Shown here piece by piece: positions 29,981-44,036 of a stretch of 64,000 nucleotides of DNA (position 1 is its first letter; each line of letters begins with the position of its first letter). The translations under genes were made by a program, and so were the position numbers. This stretch comes from Polaromonas sp. GTDB taxonomy: Bacteria; Pseudomonadota; Gammaproteobacteria; Burkholderiales; Burkholderiaceae_C. The stretch is taken from the NCBI GenBank assembly GCA_021737975.1, contig JAIPCZ010000003.1, positions 15,638-79,637 on the forward strand, written 5' to 3'. The notes under the pieces are model-generated. The model ran no database searches, was not told the DNA's origin, and worked only from the letters and a program-made list of their open reading frames with translations.

Positions 29981-30889
29981 TTAGCGCTTGAACACCTGTT
30001 CGACCGTGCGCTGCAACAGCGCCAGTGTGGCTTGCTGTGTGAGTGTGTTGGGCCGCAGCGCACTGGTGGCCATGCAGATTTTGCTGCGCAATACGGGCTC
30101 CGTGATGGTGTGAACGGTGAATGCGGAGGGCCGGATCGAACTGGCCACGGCGTTGCGTGACAGCACGGCGCTGCCGGCCCCGTCCGCCACCAGATCCAGA
30201 ATGGCCGACACGCCATCTATTTCCAGTGCGATGTTCAGGCGGCAGCCCAGATTGGCAAGTTCGCTCTCCACCTGCATGCGAATCGCATTGGGCCGGGTCG
30301 GGATTACCAGGGGCAAACCGGCCAGCTCGCGCAGCGTGATCGGGCCAGGCGCCGGGTCTTCGGCCAGGCCGGGCGGGCGCCGCTGCACCAGCAACAGGTC
30401 TTCTTCAAGCAGCGGGGTGATGTCGATGTCGGCACTGGGTTGGGCGTTGTACAGCACCACAATGTCGAGCCGCCCGGCGATCAGCGACTCCTGCATGGGC
30501 ACCGACAAGCCTTCGCTGATGGCCAGCGTCGCATCGGGCAATTCGGTTTGATGGGCGCGGATCAGGGGCACGGTGAGCACCCGCGCCAGGCTGGTGGGCA
30601 GGCCGACGGCGACTCTGCCAGCCAGCGAACCGCGCACCCGGCCCAGTTCTTCACGTGCGCGTTCCACCTGATGCAGGATGCCGCGGCCATGCGCCAGCAA
30701 CAGTTTGCCGGCCTCGGTGGGCAGGGCGCCACGGCCGTTGCGCGTCAGCAGGTTTTGCCGCAACTCCACTTCCAGCAGACGCACCTGGCGGCTCAGCGCA
30801 GGTTGCGCCACGTTCAGCGCAATGGCGGCGCGGGTAAAGCTGCCCAGTTCGGCCACGCGCACAAAATATTCGAGTTGTTTCAGGTCCAT
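29981..30889 (-). CDS. LysR-family regulator divergent from the aromatic catabolic cluster
   Basis: MDLKQLEYFVRVAELGSFTRAA..L...QPALSRQ helix-turn-helix. Confidence 0.93.
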   Translation of the reverse strand: MDLKQLEYFVRVAELGSFTRAAIALNVAQPALSRQVRLLEVELRQNLLTRNGRGALPTEAGKLLLAHGRGILHQVERAREELGRVRGSLAGRVAVGLPTSLARVLTVPLIRAHQTELPDATLAISEGLSVPMQESLIAGRLDIVVLYNAQPSADIDITPLLEEDLLLVQRRPPGLAEDPAPGPITLRELAGLPLVIPTRPNAIRMQVESELANLGCRLNIALEIDGVSAILDLVADGAGSAVLSRNAVASSIRPSAFTVHTITEPVLRSKICMATSALRPNTLTQQATLALLQRTVEQVFKR

Positions 30890-31025
30890 CGGGTGTCGTT
30901 GGTGTGAAATATGGGTGCGGACTTAAGGGTTAACCATAACAAGCTACCAATTATGCCAAGTTGTTATATCTGCTAGTGGCCTTTTTGGCTTCTGAAGAGC
31001 GGTGGATGCGGCCAAAATCCGGCGC

Positions 31026-32150
31026 ATGCAAACTCCCATTCCCTGCCATTTCATGCGCGGTGGCACGTCGCGCGGGCCATTTTTTTTGGCCTCGGACCTG
31101 CCTGCCGACGTGGCCACGCGGGACCGGGTGCTGCTGGCAGTGATGGGTTCGCCGGACCGGCGCCAGATCGACGGGCTGGGCGGTGCACATCCGCTGACCA
31201 GCAAGGTCGGTATCGTCAGCCCCAGCCAGACACCCGGCGTGGCGGTGGATTTTTTGTTTGCCCAACTGCAACCCGAGCGCGACACGGTGGACACCACGCC
31301 CAATTGCGGCAACATGCTGGCTGCCGTCCTGCCCTTCGCCATCGAGCGTGGCCTGGTTCGCGTGCAGGGTGACATCACCACAGCGCGCGTGCTCACGCTC
31401 AACACCGGCATGCAGTGCGACATCACGGTCTGCACGCAGGGTGGTCGCGTCAATTACGCTGGTGATGCACGTATTGACGGCGTGCCCGGCAGCGCGGCGC
31501 CGGTCACCGTCAATTTTCTGGACACTGCCGGCTCGGTGTGCTCGGGCTTGTTGCCCACGGGCCAGGTGCGCGACCGCATCACCGTGACCGGTGACGGCTT
31601 TGCCTCCTTCACGCTCGATGTGACCTGCATCGACAACGGCATGCCGCTGGTGCTGTTCAGGGCCACTGACCTGGGTCGCACCGGCTACGAGTCGGTCGTG
31701 GAACTCAACGCGGACGATGAGCTCAAGCGCCGCCTGGAGGCGCTGCGCCTGCAAATCTCGCTCAAGATGGGCCTGGGCGATGTGGCGCAAAAAAACTATC
31801 CCAAAATGACGCTGATTGCCGCGCCGCGTGCCGGTGGCAGCATCAGCACGCGCAGTTTTATTCCGCATGTGTGCCACGATGCCATTGGTGTGCTGGCCGC
31901 GGTCACGGTGGGCACCGCGTGTGTGCTCAAGGGTTCAGTCTGTGACGGCGTGGCCGTGATGCCGCCGGGCAACGCACCGACGGTGTCGGTCGAGCACCCC
32001 ACCGGCGAATTCAGCGTGGCCCTTGGGCTGGACCCGCAGGACCCGCAAAAGGTGACCCGCGCGGCCCTGCTGCGTACCGCGCGGCTGATCATGCGTGGCG
32101 AGGTCATGGTGCCCGCCACGGTCTGGCCAGGCCGCACACCGGCGGGTTGA
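31026..32150 (+). CDS. ligU: 4-oxalomesaconate tautomerase (PrpF/GalD/LigU family)
   Basis: MRGGTSRG, QIDGLGG..LTSK, NCGNML, IDNGMP, RSFIPHVCH, EHPTG. Confidence 0.88.
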   Translation: MQTPIPCHFMRGGTSRGPFFLASDLPADVATRDRVLLAVMGSPDRRQIDGLGGAHPLTSKVGIVSPSQTPGVAVDFLFAQLQPERDTVDTTPNCGNMLAAVLPFAIERGLVRVQGDITTARVLTLNTGMQCDITVCTQGGRVNYAGDARIDGVPGSAAPVTVNFLDTAGSVCSGLLPTGQVRDRITVTGDGFASFTLDVTCIDNGMPLVLFRATDLGRTGYESVVELNADDELKRRLEALRLQISLKMGLGDVAQKNYPKMTLIAAPRAGGSISTRSFIPHVCHDAIGVLAAVTVGTACVLKGSVCDGVAVMPPGNAPTVSVEHPTGEFSVALGLDPQDPQKVTRAALLRTARLIMRGEVMVPATVWPGRTPAG

Positions 32151-32208
32151 AACACCCGCTACCATTCGATTCGGACGACGAAGTTTTATTTTTTCAACAG
32201 GAGACAAC

Positions 32209-33237
32209 ATGAAAGCATCACTCAAATCCCTCGCGGCGCTCACGGCGCTGGCTTGTGCCGGCTTCAGCGCCTCGGCGCAAACGGTCACGCTCAAGGTGCA
32301 CCATTTCCTGCCGGCAGGCTCGGCTGCGCAGAAAATGTTCATCCAGCCTTGGTGCGACAAAATTGCGGCCGACTCCGGTGACAAGCTCAAGTGCCAGATT
32401 TACCCGTCGATGCAGCTCGGTGGCACACCGCCGCAGTTGTTCGACCAGGTCAAGGACGGCGTGGTCGATGTCGCCTGGACGCTGCCTGGCTACACGGCGG
32501 GCCGTTTTCCGCTGGCAGAGGTGTTTGAGCTGCCCTTCATGATGCAAAGCCCCGAGGGCACGAGCAAAGCCCTGTGGGAATACGTCGAAAAGCACGATGC
32601 CGCCGAGTTCAAGGACGTGCATGCCATCGCCTTTCATGTGCATGGCGACGGCGTTTTTCACATGACGAGCAAACCCATCAAGACCATGGCGGACCTGAAG
32701 GGGCTGAAGGTCCGTGCCCCCACGCGTCAAACCAACAAGCTGCTCGCCGCACTGGGTGCCACGCCCGTGGCCATGCCGGTGCCGGCCGTGAGCGAGGCCC
32801 TGGCCAAGTCAGTCATTGACGGTGCGCTGGTGCCCTATGAGGTGGTGCCCGCGGTCAAGATCCAGGAACTGGTCAAGTTCCATTCTGAGACCGACCCGGC
32901 CGAGCCCGCCATTTACACCTCCGCCTTCATCTTCGCCATGAACAAGGCCAAATACGAGGGCCTGCCGCCTGACCTGAAAAAGGTGATCGACGCCAACAGC
33001 GGTCAGGCCCTGTCGGGACAGATCGGCAAGACCTTTCTGGCCGCCGATGGCATTGGCAAGAAGTTGACCGAAAAGAACACCACCAATGTGATTCCCGCGT
33101 CAGAACTCCAAAGCTGGAAAAAGGCCGGCGAGCAAGTCACCAACGACTGGGTGGCAGACGTCACCGCCAAGGGTGCCAACGGCAAGTTGCTGCTGGAGAA
33201 CGCGCGCGCCCTGATTGCCAAGTACGCGGTCAAGTGA
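32209..33237 (+). CDS. TRAP transporter substrate-binding protein (DctP)
   Basis: Signal peptide, YPSMQLGG, GRFP, DLKGLKVR. Confidence 0.92.
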   Translation: MKASLKSLAALTALACAGFSASAQTVTLKVHHFLPAGSAAQKMFIQPWCDKIAADSGDKLKCQIYPSMQLGGTPPQLFDQVKDGVVDVAWTLPGYTAGRFPLAEVFELPFMMQSPEGTSKALWEYVEKHDAAEFKDVHAIAFHVHGDGVFHMTSKPIKTMADLKGLKVRAPTRQTNKLLAALGATPVAMPVPAVSEALAKSVIDGALVPYEVVPAVKIQELVKFHSETDPAEPAIYTSAFIFAMNKAKYEGLPPDLKKVIDANSGQALSGQIGKTFLAADGIGKKLTEKNTTNVIPASELQSWKKAGEQVTNDWVADVTAKGANGKLLLENARALIAKYAVK

Positions 33238-33330
33238 GTTGGTCGTGCTGGGTGGCGCGGGTCACACAGGACTTCCCCGACGTTAATGGTTTGACGCCGC
33301 CCGCCTGGCAGCGTCGCAGGAGAGCTGTTC

Positions 33331-33878
33331 ATGCATGAGCCCATTCCCGGTGCCGACCCCGGTGCCGCTTCACTTGCCTTTGGTCCTGTGGGGCAGCGTT
33401 TGTTTCGCGCTTCCAAGGTCTCGGCCATCATGGGTGGCCTGATTTTTGTGGCCATCGTGGTCATGAGCATCATCAGTATCGTCGGGCGAAAGCTGTTCTC
33501 TGCGCCCGTGCCCGGTGATGTCGAAATGCTGCAAATGGCGGCGGCTTTTGCCTCGGCCAGTTTTTTTGCCTATTGCCACCTCAACGGGGGCGACGTCAAG
33601 GTTGACTTCTTCACCGCCAAGGCCAGCCCGGCCACGGTGCACCGGCTGGATGCGTTTGGCTCGCTGCTGGTGGGTCTGTTCGGTGCGCTGATCACCTGGC
33701 GGGCTGCCGTGGGGGCCTTGGCCATCAAGGAGGCTGGTGAGACCAGCATGATTCTTGGCTGGCCCATATGGGTGGCCCAGGTGTTGATGGTGCCAGGCTT
33801 CCTGCTGATGGCACTGGCGGGCTTCTACATGGTGGGTTTCCACTGGCGCATGAGCGCGGCACAACGCGGGGCAAAGTC

Positions 33879-33882
<4 letters not shown>
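33331..33882 (+). CDS. TRAP transporter small permease (DctQ)
   Basis: Four TM segments, IVGRKLF.APVPG..E, VKVDFF. Confidence 0.88.
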
Positions 33883-36421
<2,539 letters not shown>

Positions 36422-36439
36422 TTTTTAGAAAGCATTGCC

Positions 36440-37471
36440 ATGATCATCGACTGCCACGGCCACTACACCACGGCGCCCAAGGCGCTGGAAACCTGGCGCA
36501 ACCAGCAAATTGCCGGCATCAAGGATCCCACCCTGATGCCCAAGGCGGCCGACCTGCGCATCAGCGACGATGAATTGCGCGAGTCGATCGAGAGCAACCA
36601 GCTGCGCCTGATGCGTGCACGCGGCTCCGACCTGACGCTGTTCAGTCCGCGCGCCAGCTTCATGGCGCACCACATCGGCGACTTCAATGTGTCGAGCACC
36701 TGGGCGGCCATCTGCAATGAACTCTGCTACCGTGTCAGCCAGCTATTCCCGGACAGCTTTGTGCCGGTGGCCATGCTGCCGCAAAGCCCGGGCGTGGACC
36801 CGGCCACCTGCATCCCTGAACTGGAAAGGTGCGTCAAAGAGTTTGGCGCGGTGGGCATCAACCTCAACCCCGACCCCAGCGGCGGTCACTGGATCTCTCC
36901 GCCTTTGAGCGACCGGCATTGGTACCCGATTTACGAGAAGATGGTAGAACATGATCTGCCGGCCATGATCCATGTGTCAACCAGCTGCAACGCCTGCTTT
37001 CACACCACCGGCGCGCACTACCTGAACGCCGACACCACCGCCTTCATGCAGTGCCTGACCAGCGATCTGTTCAAGGATTTCCCCACGCTTAAGTTCCTGA
37101 TCCCGCACGGTGGCGGCGCCGTGCCCTACCACTGGGGCCGTTTCCGTGGCCTGGCCCAGGAGCTGAAAAAACCGCTGTTGTCAGAGCATCTGCTCAACAA
37201 CATCTTCTTTGACACCTGCGTCTACCACCAGCCGGGCATTGACCTGCTCAACACCGTGATCCCCGTCAAGAACGTGCTCTTTGCCAGTGAAATGATCGGC
37301 GCCGTGCGCGGTGTCGACCCCGAGACCGGCCACTACTATGACGACACCAAGCGCTACATCGAGGCCAGCACGATTCTGAGCGAGTCTGACCGCCAGCAGA
37401 TCTACGAGGGCAACGCCCGCCGCGTGTTTCCCCGGCTGGATGCGCTGCTCAAGGCCCGGCAAGTCGCTTAG
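36440..37471 (+). CDS. ligJ: 4-oxalomesaconate hydratase
   Basis: MIIDCHGHYTT, SPRASFMAHH, IPHGGGAVPYHWGR, FASEMIGAV. Confidence 0.92.
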   Translation: MIIDCHGHYTTAPKALETWRNQQIAGIKDPTLMPKAADLRISDDELRESIESNQLRLMRARGSDLTLFSPRASFMAHHIGDFNVSSTWAAICNELCYRVSQLFPDSFVPVAMLPQSPGVDPATCIPELERCVKEFGAVGINLNPDPSGGHWISPPLSDRHWYPIYEKMVEHDLPAMIHVSTSCNACFHTTGAHYLNADTTAFMQCLTSDLFKDFPTLKFLIPHGGGAVPYHWGRFRGLAQELKKPLLSEHLLNNIFFDTCVYHQPGIDLLNTVIPVKNVLFASEMIGAVRGVDPETGHYYDDTKRYIEASTILSESDRQQIYEGNARRVFPRLDALLKARQVA

Positions 37472-37485
37472 TCAGGAGTTTTCCA

Positions 37486-38013
37486 ATGTCCAACATCCCC
37501 AGTGCGCCGATCACCAACTTTTCGTATTGCCATGAAGGCATCCTGCGGCACCTGACGGCGATGGAAGGTTTGCCGGCTCTTGCCGAGGCCGCCGAGCGTG
37601 CCCGTCAGGTGGCCGAGAACACGCGAATCTTCTTTCGCGACGTGATCGTCAATCACCATGAAGAAGAGGAAAGGGTGCTGTTCGAAGCCGTGCTGGCCAG
37701 CGCCAAGCCGGGTGAAGAACTGGCACAGGTGAAGTCCATCACCGACCAACTGACACGTGAACACCGGCAAGTGGAGGCGATGTGGGCCAAACTGGAGCCG
37801 CAACTTAAACAAATGGCCAAGGGGCAGCCTGTGGCGATCGATCCCGTTGCCCTTGGGCAATTGGTGGCCCAGTACCAGGCCCACGCGGCTTTTGAGGAAT
37901 CGCTGTTCCTGCCGCTCTCCGAGGCCATCCTGAGCCGCAACAGCAACCACATGGCAGCGCTCGGCCTGTCGCTGCATGTGCGGCACATCAAACAACAGCC
38001 CTCGCCAACCTGA
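37486..38013 (+). CDS. Hemerythrin (HHE) domain protein
   Basis: CH...HHEEEE..LF...EH...H...EE..F.P ligand pattern; AGGAG ribosome-binding site. Confidence 0.85.
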   Translation: MSNIPSAPITNFSYCHEGILRHLTAMEGLPALAEAAERARQVAENTRIFFRDVIVNHHEEEERVLFEAVLASAKPGEELAQVKSITDQLTREHRQVEAMWAKLEPQLKQMAKGQPVAIDPVALGQLVAQYQAHAAFEESLFLPLSEAILSRNSNHMAALGLSLHVRHIKQQPSPT

Positions 38014-38026
38014 ATCGGAGCAAGCC

Positions 38027-38710
38027 ATGAACAACCTGGGCGTCGTCAAACGCAACATCGTCCGTGCAGACAAGTCGGCGGTCGCCAAGCTGTCACGTTT
38101 CGGTGTGGCCACCATCCACGAGGCCATGGGCCGTGTCGGACTCATGAAGCCCACCCTGCGTCCGATTTACACGGAGGCCAGAATTTGCGGTACCGCCGTG
38201 ACCGTGCTGCTGCAACCTGGCGACAACTGGATGATGCATGTGGCCGCCGAGCAATTGCAGCCCGGTGACGTGGTGGTGGCCGCCTGCACCACCGACAACA
38301 CGGATGGGTTTTTTGGCGACCTGCTGGCAACCTCCTTCAAGGCGCGCGGCGCGGTCGGCCTGGTCATCGACGGCGGCGTGCGCGACGTGAAAGACCTTAC
38401 CGAGATGAACTTTCCCGTGTTCAGCAAGGCCATCCATGCCAAAGGCACCATCAAGGCCACGCTGGGCTCGGTCAACCTGCCCGTGGTGTGTGCCGGCACC
38501 CAGGTCAACCCCGGCGATGTGGTCATTGCCGACATCGACGGTGTGGTGGTGGTGCCCGCCGCCCTGGCGCAACAGGTTGCCGACGCGGCCGAGGCGCGCG
38601 AGGCCAACGAGGGCGCCAAACGCGCCATCTTTGCCTCGGGTGTGCTCGGGCTCGACTACTACAAGATGCGCGAAGGCCTGGAAAAAGCCGGCCTGAAATA
38701 CATTGACTGA
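38027..38710 (+). CDS. ligK: 4-carboxy-4-hydroxy-2-oxoadipate aldolase
   Basis: [38 protein letters not shown]. Confidence 0.93.
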   Translation: MNNLGVVKRNIVRADKSAVAKLSRFGVATIHEAMGRVGLMKPTLRPIYTEARICGTAVTVLLQPGDNWMMHVAAEQLQPGDVVVAACTTDNTDGFFGDLLATSFKARGAVGLVIDGGVRDVKDLTEMNFPVFSKAIHAKGTIKATLGSVNLPVVCAGTQVNPGDVVIADIDGVVVVPAALAQQVADAAEAREANEGAKRAIFASGVLGLDYYKMREGLEKAGLKYID

Positions 38711-38720
38711 ACATCCCATC

Positions 38721-39647
38721 ATGCAAACCGATCCCAAGCAATGGCGCGTCGGCCTGATCGGTTGCGGCGAGGTGGGCCGCATTCTGGCCGAAGACCTGCG
38801 CGTTCAGGGGATCGCCGTCAGTGCCTATGACCTCAAGCTGGACAACGCGGCCACGGCCACGCCCCTGCGGGACCATGCTGTGCAGCATGGCGTGGTGTTG
38901 CGCGACTCCAGCGCCGAGGTGGCTGCGGGCGCCGACCTGATCATCAGCGCGGTCACCGCCAGCCAGACCGTGAGCGTGGCAGATGCCTGCCTCGGCTCGG
39001 TTCAGCCGGGCAGCTTTTTCCTTGACTTCAACTCGGCCTCACCGGGTGCCAAGCAGCGCGCTGCCGCAGCGATAGACGCGGCCGGCGGCCGTTATGTGGA
39101 AGGCGCCGTCATGACCAGCATTCCGCCACACCGCATCAGGGTGCCGCTGCTGCTGGGCGGAGTGCACGCCAATGCCTTGTGCCAACCGCTCAACACGCTG
39201 GGTTTTGCCGCCAAGGTGGCCAGCGAGACACTGGGCGTGGCCAGCGCCACCAAGATGTGCCGCAGTGTCATGATCAAGGGATTGGAAGCCATGGTGATCG
39301 AGAGCTTTACCACCGCCCGTCACTACGGCGTGGAAGACGCGGTGGTGGCCTCGCTCTACGAAACCTTCCCCGGCATCGACTGGGAAAAGCAGGCGGCCTA
39401 TTTCTTTCAGCGGGTCATCGAGCACGGAAGGCGCCGCAGCGAGGAAGTGCGTGAGGTGGCCGAGACCGTGTGTGATGCCGGCCTGACGCCCTGGTCGGCG
39501 TCGGGCACCGCCGAGCGCCAGGCCTGGGTGGCCGACCTGGCCGACCGCGGTGTCTTCGGACACAAGGGCAGCCCCGAATTCGCCCGCAGCGCCGACTGGC
39601 GCCTGGAAGCAGACCGTATGTTGGCGCAGGTCAATCGAAAGGAATAA
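38721..39647 (+). CDS. NAD(P)-dependent oxidoreductase with DUF1932-like C-terminus
   Basis: GLIGCGEVG Rossmann motif, DFNSASP, KMCRSVMIKG, HGRRRSEE. Confidence 0.82.
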   Translation: MQTDPKQWRVGLIGCGEVGRILAEDLRVQGIAVSAYDLKLDNAATATPLRDHAVQHGVVLRDSSAEVAAGADLIISAVTASQTVSVADACLGSVQPGSFFLDFNSASPGAKQRAAAAIDAAGGRYVEGAVMTSIPPHRIRVPLLLGGVHANALCQPLNTLGFAAKVASETLGVASATKMCRSVMIKGLEAMVIESFTTARHYGVEDAVVASLYETFPGIDWEKQAAYFFQRVIEHGRRRSEEVREVAETVCDAGLTPWSASGTAERQAWVADLADRGVFGHKGSPEFARSADWRLEADRMLAQVNRKE

Positions 39648-39650
39648 TCA

Positions 39651-40577
39651 ATGAGCCAAGCCACTAGCGGTGATTTCACAAAAACCCCCGGCTGGCTGGA
39701 CTGGTGCGCCGGTCCTGCCAAGCCCAGGTTCAAACTGCCCGCCGGCGCGGTCGACGCGCATTGCCATGTTTTTGGGCCGGGCGCCGAGTTTCCCTATGCC
39801 CCCGAGCGCAAGTACACCCCCTGCGACGCCTCCAAAGTGCAGTTGTTTGCCTTGCGCGACCACCTGGGCTTTGACAAAAACGTGATCGTGCAGGCCACCT
39901 GCCATGGGGCCGACAACCGCGCCCTGGTCGACGCGCTGGTGTATTCCAGCGGCAGGGCGCGCGGCGTGGCCACGGTCGGGCGCAGCGTGAGTGACGCCGA
40001 ACTGCAGGCCATGCACGAGGCCGGTGTGCGCGGCGTGCGCTTCAACTTTGTCAAGCGCCTGGTGGACTTCACACCCAAGGACGAACTGCTGGAAATCGCC
40101 GCGCGCATCAAGGCCTGGGGCTGGCACGTGGTGATCTATTTCGAGGCGGTGGATCTGCCCGAGCTGTGGAACTTTTTTACCGCGCTGCCCACCACCGTGG
40201 TGGTCGATCACATGGGCCGCCCCGATGTGTCCCTGCCCATCAACGGGCCGCAGTTTGCTTTGTTTCGCCGTTTCATGCGTGAGCACACCAACGTTTGGAG
40301 CAAGGTGAGCTGCCCGGAGCGGTTGAGCCTGAGCGGCCCGAAAGCCCTGAACGGTGAGCAAAGCGCCTACCGCGACGTGGTGCCCTTTGCCAAAAGCATC
40401 GTTGAAGAGTTCCCGGACCGCGTGCTCTGGGGCACCGACTGGCCGCATCCCAACCTCAAAGACCACATGCCCGACGACGGCTTGCTGGTGGACTTTATTC
40501 CGCACATCGCCACCACCGCCGTGCTGCAGCACAAGCTGCTGGTGGATAACCCCAATCGACTCTATTGGAACCAATAA
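39651..40577 (+). CDS. ligI: 2-pyrone-4,6-dicarboxylate hydrolase
   Basis: DAHCHVFGP, VQATCHG, RGVRFNF, DHMGRP, WGTDWPHPN. Confidence 0.92.
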   Translation: MSQATSGDFTKTPGWLDWCAGPAKPRFKLPAGAVDAHCHVFGPGAEFPYAPERKYTPCDASKVQLFALRDHLGFDKNVIVQATCHGADNRALVDALVYSSGRARGVATVGRSVSDAELQAMHEAGVRGVRFNFVKRLVDFTPKDELLEIAARIKAWGWHVVIYFEAVDLPELWNFFTALPTTVVVDHMGRPDVSLPINGPQFALFRRFMREHTNVWSKVSCPERLSLSGPKALNGEQSAYRDVVPFAKSIVEEFPDRVLWGTDWPHPNLKDHMPDDGLLVDFIPHIATTAVLQHKLLVDNPNRLYWNQ

Positions 40578-40588
40578 AAAGGAAATTT

Positions 40589-41900
<1,312 letters not shown>

Positions 41901-42857
41901 ATGACCAAACCCATCAAAGTCGCGCTGGCCGGCGCGGGTGCCTTTGGCATCAAACACCTTGACGGCATCAGGAACATTGACGGCGTTGAAGTGGTCTCGC
42001 TGGTCAGTCGCGAGCTGGAAAAAACGCGCGAGGTTGCCGCCAAATATGGCATCAAGCATGTCACCACCGAGCTGGCCGAGAGCCTGGCGCTGAAAGAGGT
42101 GGACGCCGTCATTTTGTGCACACCCACACAGATGCACGCCTCGCAAACCCTGGCCTGCCTGCGCGCGGGCAAACATGTGCAGGTTGAAATTCCGCTGTGC
42201 GACGTGCTGAGGGACGGCGAAGCGGTCGCGCAGGTGGCGGCGCAATCGGGCCTGGTCGCCATGTGCGGCCACACCCGGCGCTTCAACCCCAGCCACCAGT
42301 ACGTGCACCAGCAAATCAAGGCGGGCAAGTTCAATATCCAGCAGATGGATGTGCAGACCTACTTTTTCCGGCGCAGCAACATGAACGCGCTGGGCCAGCC
42401 GCGCAGCTGGACCGACCATTTGCTATGGCACCACGCCGCCCACACGGTGGACTTGTTTGCCTACCAGTGCGGCAGCCCCATCGTCAAGGCCAACGCCATC
42501 CAGGGGCCGATTCACCCCACGCTGGGCATCGCGATGGACATGAGCATCCAGCTGAAAAGCGCCAATGACGCCATTTGCACGCTGAGCCTGAGCTTCAACA
42601 ACGACGGCCCGCTGGGCACCTTCTTTCGTTACATCGGCGACACGGCAACTTATATTGCCCGCTACGACGACCTGTTCAACGGCAAGGAGGAAAAGATCGA
42701 TGTGTCGGAGGTGGCGGTGAGCATGAACGGCATCGAACTGCAAGACCGTGAGTTCTTTGCCGCCATCCGCGAGGGCCGCCAACCCAACAGCAGCGTGGCC
42801 GACGTGTTGCCGTGTTACCGGGTGCTGCATGATCTGGAGCAGCAGTTGGGCGGGTGA
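41901..42857 (+). CDS. ligC: 4-carboxy-2-hydroxymuconate-6-semialdehyde dehydrogenase
   Basis: AGAGAFG, GHTRRFNPSH, RSWTDHLLWHH, LSFNNDGP. Confidence 0.93.
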   Translation: MTKPIKVALAGAGAFGIKHLDGIRNIDGVEVVSLVSRELEKTREVAAKYGIKHVTTELAESLALKEVDAVILCTPTQMHASQTLACLRAGKHVQVEIPLCDVLRDGEAVAQVAAQSGLVAMCGHTRRFNPSHQYVHQQIKAGKFNIQQMDVQTYFFRRSNMNALGQPRSWTDHLLWHHAAHTVDLFAYQCGSPIVKANAIQGPIHPTLGIAMDMSIQLKSANDAICTLSLSFNNDGPLGTFFRYIGDTATYIARYDDLFNGKEEKIDVSEVAVSMNGIELQDREFFAAIREGRQPNSSVADVLPCYRVLHDLEQQLGG

Positions 42858-42961
42858 TGCGAACCATGGGCATCCAGGGAGAGCAACCCGTCTGCTGAAA
42901 CTCGCGCAAAGTCGTAACATCCATCCTTCATTCAATGCCGCAGATGAGAGGAGCGTTGACC

Positions 42962-43408
42962 ATGCCTACAGGTACCGTGCAACTGCATCGCGTGCTTCGC
43001 GCACCGCCGGAGCGTGTCTATCGGGCGTTTCTGGATGCTGACGCCATGGCAAAGTGGCTACCGCCCTTTGGTTTCACGTGCAAGGTTCATCACATGGACG
43101 CCAGGGTCGGTGGAACTTTTAGGATGTCGTTCAACCGTTTCAGCACGGGAAGCGGTCACTCTTTCGGCGGTGAATATCTCGAACTTGTTCCGAACGAACG
43201 CATTCGCTACACCGACAAGTTCGACGACCCGAATTTGCCCGGGGCCATGCAGGTGACGGTGGTCCTGACAACAGTGTCTTGCGGTACGGAGGTCGCCATC
43301 GTCCAGGAAGGTGTGCCTGAGGTTATTCCGATCGAGATGTGCTACCTCGGCTGGCAGGAATCTCTTGCACAACTGGCCACACTCGTCGAACCCGACATTC
43401 CCGGGTGA
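42962..43408 (+). CDS. SRPBCC/AHSA1-like protein
   Basis: LHRVLRAPPERVYRAF, KWLPP, CYLGWQESL. Confidence 0.88.
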   Translation: MPTGTVQLHRVLRAPPERVYRAFLDADAMAKWLPPFGFTCKVHHMDARVGGTFRMSFNRFSTGSGHSFGGEYLELVPNERIRYTDKFDDPNLPGAMQVTVVLTTVSCGTEVAIVQEGVPEVIPIEMCYLGWQESLAQLATLVEPDIPG

Positions 43409-43458
43409 CAAGCGCATGCCAAGCCTGCCATTCCACCGAACAGTTACCAGAGGGACCC

Positions 43459-43923
43459 ATGGAATCCATTGCGTCCCGCTCTGACAGCCGGAGTCTGCTG
43501 CTCGACGCGAGCACAGATCAAGTTTTTGCAGCGATCAATGATCCGGAGCGTATTGCCAGGTGGTGGGGGCCTGAGGGGTTCACCAACACGATTCATACTT
43601 TCGAGTTCGTTGAAGGTGGCCGATGGCTTCTAACCATGCATGGCCCGGACGGAAAGGACTACCCGAATGAAAGCCGCTTTGCACGAATAACGCCCGACAA
43701 GTGTGTTGTGATCGAGCACTTCTCCGGGCATCACTTTTTCCTGACGCTGGAACTTGATGCCCGAGGTGACAGTACACTTTTGAAGTGGCAGCAGACGTTC
43801 GACACCCGAGAGCACTATGAACGCATCGCGTTGTTTGTCGCAGCAGCAAATCAACAAAATCTGGATAGGCTCTCCCTTGAGGTCCAGCGAGGGAGAAGCG
43901 TCCCACTGCTGGCCTTGCCCTGA
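43459..43923 (+). CDS. SRPBCC/AHSA1-like protein
   Basis: WWGPEGF, MHGPDG, NQQNLDRL. Confidence 0.85.
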   Translation: MESIASRSDSRSLLLDASTDQVFAAINDPERIARWWGPEGFTNTIHTFEFVEGGRWLLTMHGPDGKDYPNESRFARITPDKCVVIEHFSGHHFFLTLELDARGDSTLLKWQQTFDTREHYERIALFVAAANQQNLDRLSLEVQRGRSVPLLALP

Positions 43924-44036
43924 TTCCAGTTGTGGCTTGGGCGGCACAAATGGATGCCCCTGTTGGAAATAACCGACACCACGCCCCCTTGGGCGATGCT
44001 ACCTTCAGGTTTTTTTAAATCCTGCAAGGAAACACC

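Noticed and set aside
28042-30216. 724-aa minus-strand ORF (and similar long antisense ORFs at 58593-60077, 18255-19514, 44211-45425, 7612-8880)
   Set aside because: Shadow frames of well-supported genes in high-GC DNA; no recognizable motifs.
43949-44018. Possible tnaC-like leader peptide (MDAPVGNNRHHAPLGDATFRFF)
   Set aside because: No Trp, no terminal Pro-stop and no ribosome-binding site.
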